Below are positions 22,051 to 32,233 of a stretch of DNA of 32,233 bases, in pieces; the first letter of the stretch is position 1, and each line of letters begins with the position of its first letter. The notes beneath the pieces were generated by a model. That model made no database searches. It was not told where the DNA came from and was given only the letters and a program-made list of their open reading frames with translations. The position numbers were made by a program, and so were the translations under genes. Source of the DNA: Octopus bimaculoides (Eukaryota); contig NC_068998.1 in the NCBI RefSeq assembly GCF_001194135.2, positions 52,275,849-52,308,081 of the forward strand, read 5' to 3'.

Positions 22051-22640
22051 ATGTGTATTGTTTTCTGATATTTTATTTACCATTTTTTGACATCGAATTT
22101 GTTTTGGTAAATTTTTAAAAATCTTTTTATATTTATTTTCTTTCTTTCTTCGTTTCTTTTTTCATTTCATTTCTTTTTTTTTTTTTTTGTCATTTCTTTT
22201 TTCTTAGTACATGCCATTTTATATTCAATAGAAGATCGGTGAGTTTCGAAATTTAAAAGATATTAAATTTTGACGACATCAAGTCTAACTGTTTTTATTG
22301 GCTAAGATAAGATTTGTTGAAAATAAAAGACCGAGATAACACGAAGAATTAAAGGATAAGATGCGAATTGGTTGGGTTTTCTTCTTTTTCTATTTTCTTA
22401 TCAATAATTTGGAGGGAAAAAAAAAATAGAAGAAAATTTCAGTTTGGATTATTTCTGGAATTGAGGAAAATTTAATTAGGAGGCGTGGAACGTTGACAAA
22501 AGAACTTCAAGAATTGTAATTTGAACGAAGTAAATTTTTGCAGTTGAAATTCTACAAACTAAGCAAGTGCGAGTTAAATTTAAGCGATGGAAATTGTGAA
22601 GGAGTCCACTGCTAATGTAGACACATACTTACATATGCTT

Positions 22641-22654
22641 CTATCTATCTATCC

Positions 22655-22696
<42 letters not shown>

Positions 22697-22703
22697 ATGT
22701 ATG

Positions 22704-22764
<61 letters not shown>

Positions 22765-22775
22765 ATATATATACA
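22641..22775. repeat. (TCTA)n then (CT)n
   Basis: Directly visible. Confidence 0.95.
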
Positions 22776-22880
22776 CGTGTGTTTGTTTGTTTTTATGAGG
22801 AGTTACAGCAAACGCTATTTTGCATTAAACTAAAGGAACACTCAACTGCTTTTGCAGTGAGCATGTTTATTATTCTTCAG

Positions 22881-22934
22881 TTCAATGAAGACCAATCAGG
22901 TCGTAACTTCGTTGTCGCTGGCAACGCAATTTTG
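22881..22934 (+). other. Candidate 54-bp exon
   Basis: TTTATTATTCTTCAG| acceptor and TTG|GTATGA donor; phase-0 frame FNEDQSGRNFVVAGNAIL. Not recognised. Confidence 0.2.
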
Positions 22935-23104
22935 GTATGATGATGACAGTAAAAACAACAGCACAATCAGACACAGCAATAATAACAATAACAACAACAG
23001 TATATGTGTGTGTGAGTGAGTGTATATATATATGTATATATATNNNNNNNNNNNNNNNNNNNNNNNNNNNNNNNNNNNNNNNNNNNNNNNNNNNNNNNNN
23101 CGAT

Positions 23105-23550
23105 CTGTGTGTGTATATAATGGATGATAAAACAAGAGGAATTAATGCTAGATGTGTCGAAACAATTGTTGTGATGGAGGTATGTTCATACCTTGACCAA
23201 CTGAGATCATGGATATATTCTCCAATATTATCCAACCATGTCGTTCTTGGTCAACACTAGATTTTCTTCTGCCATCTTTCTGGCAATATTCTTTCCTGTG
23301 ACATTCTAATCACATCTCCCTTGTACCGGAGCTGTGACCTTTTTAATGTGGAGAAGAACTGGCTCGATACAGAGCGATTCCCTCATCTCCGAGCTACGCA
23401 TCGTGTCGAGTAAACGTTACTCCAGAAATCCTTTGAAGGAGACCCCGTTTCGCCCGATTTTATTTGCGATCTTACCCTTCAGTCATTAGTCAACAGTCAT
23501 GACCAACGATGAGGATAGGCACGGAAATCGAAATGAACATTGCAAGTTCT
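23105..23550 (-). mobile_element. Decayed 3' fragment of a second RTE-clade LINE (Rex3/Expander-like)
   Basis: Minus-strand translation with frameshifts: LAMFISISVPILIVGHDC*LMTE / VRSQIKSGE / LLQRISGVT / LLDTMRSSEMRESLCIEPVLLHIKRSQLRYKGDVIRMSQER..C*PRTTWLDNI..LSWSR. This is co-linear with the Rex3-type C-terminus as I recall it (PTLTYGHE.WVMTER.RS.IQAAEM.FLRRVAG.SLRDRVRSS.IRE.LGVEPLLL.IERSQLRW.GH..RM...GRPRTRW). Boundaries approximate. Confidence 0.85.
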
Positions 23551-24199
23551 TTTTTTTTTTTTTCATCCACCTCCGATTCTGTTATTTTATTTTCTAAACA
23601 ATTCTATTTCCATTTTTCTTCAACCAATCTGTATTCTTGTACCTCTACTGAGGAATTGTTCTATTATTACTTCAGTTTGTGCAAGAAGTTCTAAGATATA
23701 CTGATAAGTCCATAATAAGTTGAGACCGAAATAAGATTCCAAGATGTCTGCTGTATTTAGCGCCATGATTAATGTATCACTATTTATTGCACAAAACAGT
23801 TCTCCTTGGCGCTCACGTACAAACTCTCACAAATTCAGACAAATGAATATGAATATATGGGCACTTTTTTGTTTTTGTTCTGGTGAACTCGGTTGCAATT
23901 TCCTGTAATTCAGAAAATATTTCAGTGCATTTAGCTATATGCGTAGATGTTTATGTGTGTATATATGTATGTGCGTGTGTCTGTCTGTATTTGAGTGTAT
24001 GTGAGCGTGTGTGACTGTTTACCGAAATACGTAACCGTATCCAATATTTATTCATTCATTCGATCTTTTCTACAAGGTCAGAGTAAAGTCTGGACGTATT
24101 GCAAAAAAAAAAAAGCATATTTTCAAGAATTTTATTGAACTATATCAATTTTCAAAGTGATTTTCACAATTAGAATCCAAACTTTATGAACGTAATGTA

Positions 24200-24218
24200 T
24201 ATCTGTCTGTCTATCTGC

Positions 24219-24292
<74 letters not shown>

Positions 24293-24295
24293 GCT

Positions 24296-24356
<61 letters not shown>

Positions 24357-24745
24357 GTCTGTCTGTCTATCTCTCTCTGCCTGTTGCATACGTATACTTG
24401 TGTGTATATTTAACTGCTTTTTCAACACACACACATACACACACATTTCGCGTTATCTGCCAACATCCACATACATTTTACTATATACATCGTCCTGCAC
24501 GCGCAGCTATCTGCACATGAGCTCGTGCACGTATACACGCACGCACGAGCGTGTGTTCATGTGTATGAGCATACTGTGCCTGTGTGTGCTTACATCTATA
24601 CGCACAAAAACAAACATACATACATACACATATATATGTATATATGTCTATATATGTGTATATATGTGTATATATGTGTGTGTATATATGTGTGTGTATG
24701 TATGCATGAATGTATGTTTGTATGTATGTACGTATGTATGCCCGT
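24200..24745. repeat. (TCTA)/(TCTG)n and CA/TA/TG compound block
   Basis: Directly visible. Confidence 0.9.
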
Positions 24746-24784
24746 TGCCTTTCTTTCTCGCTGACCTTTTGAACGGTTTGAAGG

Positions 24785-24858
24785 GAATCTGACCCCGGCA
24801 TTGAACCCTCGCTAACGCTGTCTTGGCTACCGAATACTAGAACGCTTGATAACTGTTG
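24785..24858 (-). mobile_element. Possible decayed tRNA-derived SINE head
   Basis: Minus-strand B-box-like GGGTTCAATGCC (24797-24808) lies about 45 nt downstream of a weak A-box-like segment. The rest is not alignable by eye. Confidence 0.3.
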
Positions 24859-25119
24859 CAAATCAAAAGCATCGTTTCTTTGGGGCGGGGTAGACTTGGA
24901 AGTGGGGGTGGGTGCTAAAGTGACCGGTGGGTCGGCGTGGGGAGGATCTTTGGTAATGGGTGAGGGTGTGGTGGAGGGTTGGGGAAGTGTTCTTCAATTG
25001 AATTTCCTCGAGACTCGGCTATTCATCATTGCCGTCTTTAACATCAGCAAACACCACGAATAACCATCACCGCTACTTTCGCCACCAACACCGGAACTAT
25101 CTCCACAAATGCCAGCACC

Positions 25120-25208
25120 GACGCCGCCGTCACCGCCGCCACTGACACAAGCCCTTACAATCTCCGGCATTATTACTACTACGACTACTCCTACTATTAG
25201 CATGATAT

Positions 25209-25285
<77 letters not shown>

Positions 25286-25390
25286 TTGATCATCATCACC
25301 ACTACCACCACCACAACCCCCATCATCATTGTCATCGTCATCCTCATCACTATCATCAGCAGATTCATCATTCATCATTACCACCACCAC
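25120..25390. repeat. (CCG/ACT)-like, pure (GAT)n (about 25210-25284) and degenerate (CAT/CAC)n
   Basis: Directly visible. Confidence 0.9.
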
Positions 25391-25939
25391 TTTCTGTCCT
25401 CCCGTGTGTACTCTCGCTCCCCTTACTCCATTCTGTTCTTTATAACACAGAGTTTATATCACAGAAAGAGGTTTCGGGACGTTTATTATTTGTTATTTTT
25501 AACCCCAAATCATATGGCAATATCTAAACCTATGATTAAAAAATGTATCATTGTCATCCTATCTTATTTCTTTACATATTTTATCCGAGACTACATTATC
25601 ATATACACGTTCTGCCCATTCTGAAAGACTGACGTTTAGGATCAAATGCTGATTTGGCTGTCATTGATGGTAGGTCGAGTGATCCCTTAAAATTTATCCA
25701 CATTGAGCAACTGACCTTTTTAGTTTACTGAAGGAAAGACTCAGCGTTGGTAAAGAATTTGACCCCTTCCCACAAAACAACCTGTCATAATAAAATTTAA
25801 TTTTGAATAACACTTTTAACTACTAGGATAGACATAAACTTAAGGGACGCTTAGCAATGACTGAAACGTTACTGCAAACTCGCCAATGAACTGAGTACAC
25901 TATGTCAATGTCTCGAGCATTTGCATACAAATATGTCCG

Positions 25940-26022
<83 letters not shown>
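25940..26022. repeat. (TCTA)n
   Basis: Directly visible. Confidence 0.95.
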
Positions 26023-26024
<2 letters not shown>

Positions 26025-26419
26025 GCATCTGTGTATCGATCTTTGTCAATATATCTGTATGTCTTTATGCCTATATATTTAAAAATAGTGGACTATACAA
26101 GTACATACGCACATATGCATGCATTTAGAGAGAAAGACACGGAGTGTGTACGCGAGAGAAACTGTATAAGAAATAGATACATAAAAGACAGAGAAAATTT
26201 TTGGTGTGTATACATGTGTGTGTGTGTGTGTTTGCTTGTTTTATGTTCGGTTATAGTAAAAACAATTTTACACTAATCTCATGGGTTACTCTATAGTTTT
26301 GTAGAGTACAAATTTATTATTCTTAAACGAGAATATAATAATATTCTTGTTAAAGGGTTACACACACATACACGCGCGCGCGCACACGCACACACAATGT
26401 TAGATTAAATATTAATAAA

Positions 26420-26466
<47 letters not shown>

Positions 26467-27329
26467 ATAAATAGATATGTAGATAAATAGATGAACAGGG
26501 AGATAAATATACGCAAAAATACACATAAATAAGCACATAATAGAACATCAATAAATTTATATTTCTTGTATTTATTATATTTATCACGGTTCAGCTATTG
26601 GCAAAGTCCGAAGGTCCGAAGGTCCGATGTTCGGTGTGTGTATATATGTGTTTGGGAATGTGCGTATGTCTATATGAATGTGTGCGTGCGGGTATTCGAT
26701 CAATTTAGACGGTGTGGCTCTTTAATTGACGATCTCTTTAAGACCTCATCATGTTAAAGCACCGCTTCTTTTTGTTCCGTTTCTCTTTAAGTCTTCATCT
26801 CTTTTGAGACGATCTCTTTAACAATAATGTCTTTAGTTTTAGGCTCAACCACCACCCACATACGCTCAGCAATTATCACGCTTTCTCTCTCCCTCTCTCC
26901 CTTCCTCCCTCCCGTTGCCTCTTTGTTTTTAGCTCTCTCTTCCCATCTACCTCGTCCTTCATATTTTCGTTTTCTTTTCCTTTTTGTGCCTCTTACATCC
27001 ACCGTCCATCGCCAGGCCTACCAACTTAAAACTACATCCAACGTTTTGTTAGGCGTGTTTTATTGGTCAATCACTTTTACTATCCAAAGATCAACGAAGT
27101 TCAATATTTCATCATTTATAGTTTATAAGCCAATAGTATCTCTAGAGATTAATCAACACACACACACCCACACACACACGTGCACACACGCACACATATA
27201 CGCATACATACATTCATTCAATCTGATAGACAGACACATTATTCACAACGCATATTCACATATACACAGCTGACACAGGCAAATCAAACGCACAATAAAT
27301 GTAATACACACGCAAACACATCGAAGCAC

Positions 27330-27334
27330 AGAGA

Positions 27335-27425
<91 letters not shown>
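27330..27425. repeat. (GA)n
   Basis: Directly visible. Confidence 0.95.
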
Positions 27426-27427
<2 letters not shown>

Positions 27428-27643
27428 GGTTATCTAGTTGCATAGATAAACAGATAGATGGATGGATAGGTGGATAGATGCATACATATGCAGACAATAC
27501 ATACACTCATATAAACCAATGCTGCACACACACACACACACACACACACACGATAAATCCCACTCCCTCCTCCTGCCACTGTTTCCCTTATTCCTGAGCC
27601 TTCATCAACCCGTTCATCCACATCAACGCCATCATTTCTGTAG

Positions 27644-27656
27644 AGGTCAGAGGTCA
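27644..27656 (+). promoter_or_regulatory. Perfect DR1 nuclear-receptor-type element AGGTCA-G-AGGTCA
   Basis: Exact direct repeat of the canonical half-site with a 1-nt spacer; function untested. Confidence 0.35.
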
Positions 27657-27739
27657 AGAAAGATGGCCATTTCATCATAGCTATACTTTAACTTGAGTTT
27701 ATAGCTCACCGTAGATCAAGAGGCTAACAACCCACGCAT

Positions 27740-28435
27740 ACATAACCACACACACACACACACACACATAGACACACACACACCAAGGTACGCATATACA
27801 CGCACAAACGCATGCGCATACGCGCAAGTATGCACATACTCACGTGGTCATATATAATCACATACATCCATAAACTTGTACACATATGCACACACACATT
27901 TATACCAACACATAAACACAAACACGAATACATTCATACACATGCACATATATATAATCACACATATACATTCATTTATACACATATGTACACACTTATA
28001 TATACTAATATATACTCACACACTCATCACCCCCTATATATATATACTTATATAAACAGATACATACATATATTTATGTGTGTGTGTATGTGTGCACATG
28101 TGTGTGTGCGTGTATACACAGACACAGAAAGAGATATATAACTAACACACACGTACTCATACACAAACACACTCTAATACACACATAAGCTCATACATAC
28201 AGAAGGACATACAGATATACTACACACACATGCACACACGTACACACACACACATACACATATTTATGCATAAATATATACATACACGCTTATATGTAAA
28301 GAGAGAGGGACAGAGAAAGAATAATAGAGAGAGAGAGAGAGAAAAAAAGAAAGATAAGGATAGGGAGAGAGAGAGAGAATTATAGAGAGTGTGTAAGAGA
28401 GTGAGATTAAGAAAGAGAGAGAGAGAGGGGGGGGA
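27740..28435. repeat. CA/TA-rich then GA-rich compound block
   Basis: Directly visible. Confidence 0.85.
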
Positions 28436-28527
28436 GGAGGAACAATTTCCGTTGAAGTCCGTCAATTGTTTCTCTCCGATCCGTCGTCGTTCTGGTTGTC
28501 CGTGACGGTGTTGATAGCGGCACCACG

Positions 28528-28794
28528 ACGGTGGCGGCGGTGGAAGCGTCACTTGTAGTGGTGGTGGCGGTGGTAGTGGCGGTGGTGGTGGCGGTGGCGG
28601 TGGTGGTGGTGTTGGTGGTAGTAATGATGAAGGTTAAGGTGGTGGTTTTCTTATTTAACCGTGACTGTTCCACTTCACTGAACTCTGTACAGTTCTAAGA
28701 CCATCACTGGACAAGATTCGAGAAAGATTTGCTTCAAGTTTCTGAAGTGATAACCACCGCCATTTTATGATGATGGCACGTGATCATGATGATT

Positions 28795-28846
<52 letters not shown>

Positions 28847-29258
28847 CTGTAGTGGCAGTAGTAGCAGTAGTAGTAGTAGTGGTGGTGGTGGTGGTAGTGG
28901 TAGTAGTAGTGATAAAGGAACTGGTAGAGCTAGTACTGGTGGCAGTGGTGGCGTTTAGTGGTAATAGTTGTTGTTGTGGTGGTGCTAGTGTAGTTATTAG
29001 TGACAATGGTTGTGATGGTGATAGAGGAGATGGTGATAGAGGAGATGGCGCTGGTGTTGGGGGTCATGATAGTGGTATTAGTATTGTTTATGGTAGAACC
29101 GTGTGCAGGGATTTTGAGGTGATGGTGGTGTTGCGAGGGTGGTGGCACTGGTGGTGGTGGTGGTGATGGTTGGTGTAGCAGTGTCTGTGGTAGTGGTAGT
29201 GGTAGTGGTGGTGGTGGTGGTGGTGGTGATGGTTGGTGTAGCAGTGTCTGTGGTAGTG
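28528..29258. repeat. GGT/AGT trinucleotide mosaic with a 63-bp higher-order unit at its right end
   Basis: (GGT)n at about 28555-28620 and (AGT)n at about 28797-28880; GATGGTTGGTGTAGCAGTGTCTGTGGTAGTG at 29165 and 29228. Confidence 0.9.
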
Positions 29259-30139
29259 NNNNNNNNNNNNNNNNNNNNNNNNNNNNNNNNNNNNNNNNNN
29301 NNNNNNNNNNNNNNNNNNNNNNNNNNNNNNNNNNNNNNNNNNNNNNNNNNNNNNNNNNNNNNNNNNNNNNNNNNNNNNNNNNNNNNNNNNNNNNNNNNNN
29401 NNNNNNNNNNNNNNNNNNNNNNNNNNNNNNNNNNNNNNNNNNNNNNNNNNNNNNNNNNNNNNNNNNNNNNNNNNNNNNNNNNNNNNNNNNNNNNNNNNNN
29501 NNNNNNNNNNNNNNNNNNNNNNNNNNNNNNNNNNNNNNNNNNNNNNNNNNNNNNNNNNNNNNNNNNNNNNNNNNNNNNNNNNNNNNNNNNNNNNNNNNNN
29601 NNNNNNNNNNNNNNNNNNNNNNNNNNNNNNNNNNNNNNNNNNNNNNNNNNNNNNNNNNNNNNNNNNNNNNNNNNNNNNNNNNNNNNNNNNNNNNNNNNNN
29701 NNNNNNNNNNNNNNNNNNNNNNNNNNNNNNNNNNNNNNNNNNNNNNNNNNNNNNNNNNNNNNNNNNNNNNNNNNNNNNNNNNNNNNNNNNNNNNNNNNNN
29801 NNNNNNNNNNNNNNNNNNNNNNNNNNNNNNNNNNNNNNNNNNNNNNNNNNNNNNNNNNNNNNNNNNNNNNNNNNNNNNNNNNNNNNNNNNNNNNNNNNNN
29901 NNNNNNNNNNNNNNNNNNNNNNNNNNNNNNNNNNNNNNNNNNNNNNNNNNNNNNNNNNNNNNNNNNNNNNNNNNNNNNNNNNNNNNNNNNNNNNNNNNNN
30001 NNNNNNNNNNNNNNNNNNNNNNNNNNNNNNNNNNNNNNNNNNNNNNNNNNNNNNNNNNNNNNNNNNNNNNNNNNNNNNNNNNNNNNNNNNNNNNNNNNNN
30101 NNNNNNNNNNNNNNNNNNNNNNNNNNNNNNNNNNNNNNN

Positions 30140-30267
30140 CCCGAAACCTTTGGGGAGGGGGACAGTCAATTAGATCGACTCCAGTACGTAACTGGTACTT
30201 ACTTATTTTGTCGAATCCGAATGCCTGAAATACCGCTAAGCATTTCGCCCGGCGTGCTAACGTTTCT
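30140..30267 (-). mobile_element. Family A SINE copy with internal deletion, directly adjoining the 30268-30497 copy
   Basis: Shares GATCGAC.C.AGT.CGTAA.TGGTAC and GAAATACCGCTAAGCATTTCGCCCGGC..TAACGTTTCT with the neighbouring copy but lacks the B-box-containing middle. The left side is cut by an N-gap. Confidence 0.8.
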
Positions 30268-30497
30268 TATTTCTTTATTGCCCACAAGGGGCTAAACATA
30301 GAGGGGACAAACAAGGACAGACAAAGGGATTAAGTCGATTAGATCGACCCTAGTGCGTAATTGGTACCTAATTTATCGACCCCGAAAGGATGAAAGGCAA
30401 AGTCATCCTCGGCGGAATTCGAAATCGAACGTAAAGACAAACAAAATACCGCTAAGCATTTCGCCCGGCATACTAACGTTTCTGCCAGCTCGCCGCC
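30268..30497 (-). mobile_element. Near full-length tRNA-derived SINE, family A
   Basis: The minus strand begins GGCGGCGAGCTGGCAGAAACG (A-box-like), has TTCGAATTCC (B-box-like) and ends ...GGGCAATAAAGAAAT. It is co-linear with the copies at 1645-1783, 19880-20008 and 30140-30267. It resembles octopus SINEs as I recall them; the published subfamily name is not assigned. Confidence 0.85.
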
Positions 30498-31039
30498 TTA
30501 ATATACATTCAATATTGTTTGAATCAGAACTCACTTCAAAATTTACCTCATATATTTATTTCAATTTTATGCGTTTTTAATTCTCCCTTGTGATTTTGTG
30601 GACGTTCTGATAATTATATTTTAGAAAAATGACATTATCAAATGATAGAAAATCTTTATTGCGTTAAAATGGCGCTGTATACCAACAGTCTTGTTCAATT
30701 AACCACGTACGCGTAGCTTATTTGTCTGCGGTCTTTCGGACCACGCAGACTATAGAAGTCCGGGCAGTAGATCGGCCATCCTGGAAAACTTGCTCGGTGT
30801 TACTGAAGGAGAGGATCGGGTCAGAGAATTAATGGGGTATACTAAAAAGTATGATGTGAGCAGGGGTGATGAAATATGTTTTGGTCGTGGAAGGGAAGGA
30901 TGCAGAATGTGGGGATGTGGGGGATCGAGGTGGGCGGTTGAGGTATACTACAAAAAGCGAGAGTAATTTGAAATGAGTTGAAGTGCTGGGTGAGTTATAT
31001 TAATGTCAACGGAAAGGTTTTGAATCAACTTTGATATCA

Positions 31040-31359
31040 ACATATACAGACACAAACAGACACATACATACATGCATGCATACGTACGTACGTGTGTACA
31101 CATATATACATATGTGTGTGTGCGTGTGTATGTGTCTGTGTGTGTGAGTGTGTGAATGTGTATGTATATATCTGTAAATGTGTTTGTGTGTGTATGTATA
31201 TATGTATATGTGTGTGTGAATATATCTATCCATGTATGTTTGTATATATGTATGTATGTACACATAGACAAACCTATACGTTTGTGTAAATATGTTTTGG
31301 GTTAAATATAATTGAATGCAGCACACATATGCCAACAATGGAAACAAAAGCTGATGGCT

Positions 31360-31393
<34 letters not shown>

Positions 31394-31456
31394 CGACGAC
31401 GACAACGACGGAATGGAATGGAAAGAATGAAACTAATGACAGAAGTGCAACCAATT

Positions 31457-31539
<83 letters not shown>

Positions 31540-31620
31540 AAGAAGAATGGCAATAATAATAATAATGTTAATAATAATGATACTAATAATAATAACAACA
31601 ACAAAATAATAATAATGTAG
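31040..31620. repeat. TA/TG block, (GAT/GAC)n, (AAT)n, (AAG)n
   Basis: Directly visible. Confidence 0.9.
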
Positions 31621-31951
31621 ATAAGAAAAATAATAAGAAATGATAAAAGCAGAAAAACTTGCAAAATGAATATTCAACAATGATAAAAAGAAATAAAAAA
31701 CGGAATTTAATAAAATAATAAAGAAAAACAACAAAAATAGAAAAGTAAAGTAAAGTGATCAATAGACTAATAGATTGTTAATTAGATTTCTCATTTGTTG
31801 ATTTGTTTTTATTTTTGTTTAATTATGTTTAGTATTTATTTATTTATTTTTTATCAATATTTTACTTCGATTATAAAACATCTGATTAACCTTTAGAAAA
31901 ATCAGCAGCAAATCTCCAATAAAACGGCGATGTTTAAATAGGAAAATAAAG

Positions 31952-31985
<34 letters not shown>

Positions 31986-32233
31986 GCGAATAAGATGACA
32001 ACAACAACAAGAACAGAAAACAACAGCAGGAAGAAAGGTAAAAAAAAAAAAAAACAGCAAAAATTTTCTCACAAACCAATAATAATCGGAATGGTAAAAT
32101 GAGAATCGTTAAAGGAAAAAAAATTGAATTTTCCTTTAGAAAACGATAAAACAAACTAATACACACACACGCACACACACACACACGCACATATAGGTAT
32201 ATATATATATATATATATAAATATATAAATATA

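Noticed and set aside
23700-23780. Possible Tc1/mariner terminal sequence (TACTGATAAGTCCATAATAAGTTGAGACC)
   Set aside because: No matching inverted partner or transposase remnant found.
26606-26821. GTCCGAAG x3 (26606-26629) and GACGATCTCTTTAA x2 (26728, 26808)
   Set aside because: Short local duplications consistent with slippage; not regularly spaced repeat-spacer units, so not CRISPR-like.
28688-28750. Acceptor followed by LRPSLDKIRERFASSF*
   Set aside because: All frames close within 20 codons and there is no supporting donor or homology.

Overview
Eukaryotic, repeat-dominated, gappy genomic DNA: 8 N-runs totalling about 3.3 kb (about 10%), and a large part of the called bases is di-, tri- or tetranucleotide microsatellite. 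The SINE sequences and the extreme microsatellite load point to an octopus genome; this is recognition from memory, not a database search. No intact protein-coding gene, rRNA, true tRNA or CRISPR array can be supported. Almost all ORFs in the supplied track are microsatellite translations. What can be supported: two decayed, 5'-truncated RTE-clade LINE fragments on the minus strand (8322-9108, BovB-like; about 23105-23550, Rex3/Expander-like); about a dozen copies or fragments of three tRNA-derived SINE families (called A, B and C here), some nested; and a 274-bp fold-back/MITE-like element with 77-bp inverted arms and TTAA flanks (16469-16752). There are also a few isolated candidate exons with good splice signals (best: 21537-21608, minus), suggesting the window may be intronic. 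Other points of interest are a spacer-less (AAT)n/(ATT)n palindrome, a perfect DR1 nuclear-receptor site and repeated YY1-type motifs. I found no convincing evidence of a new multi-gene biological system.
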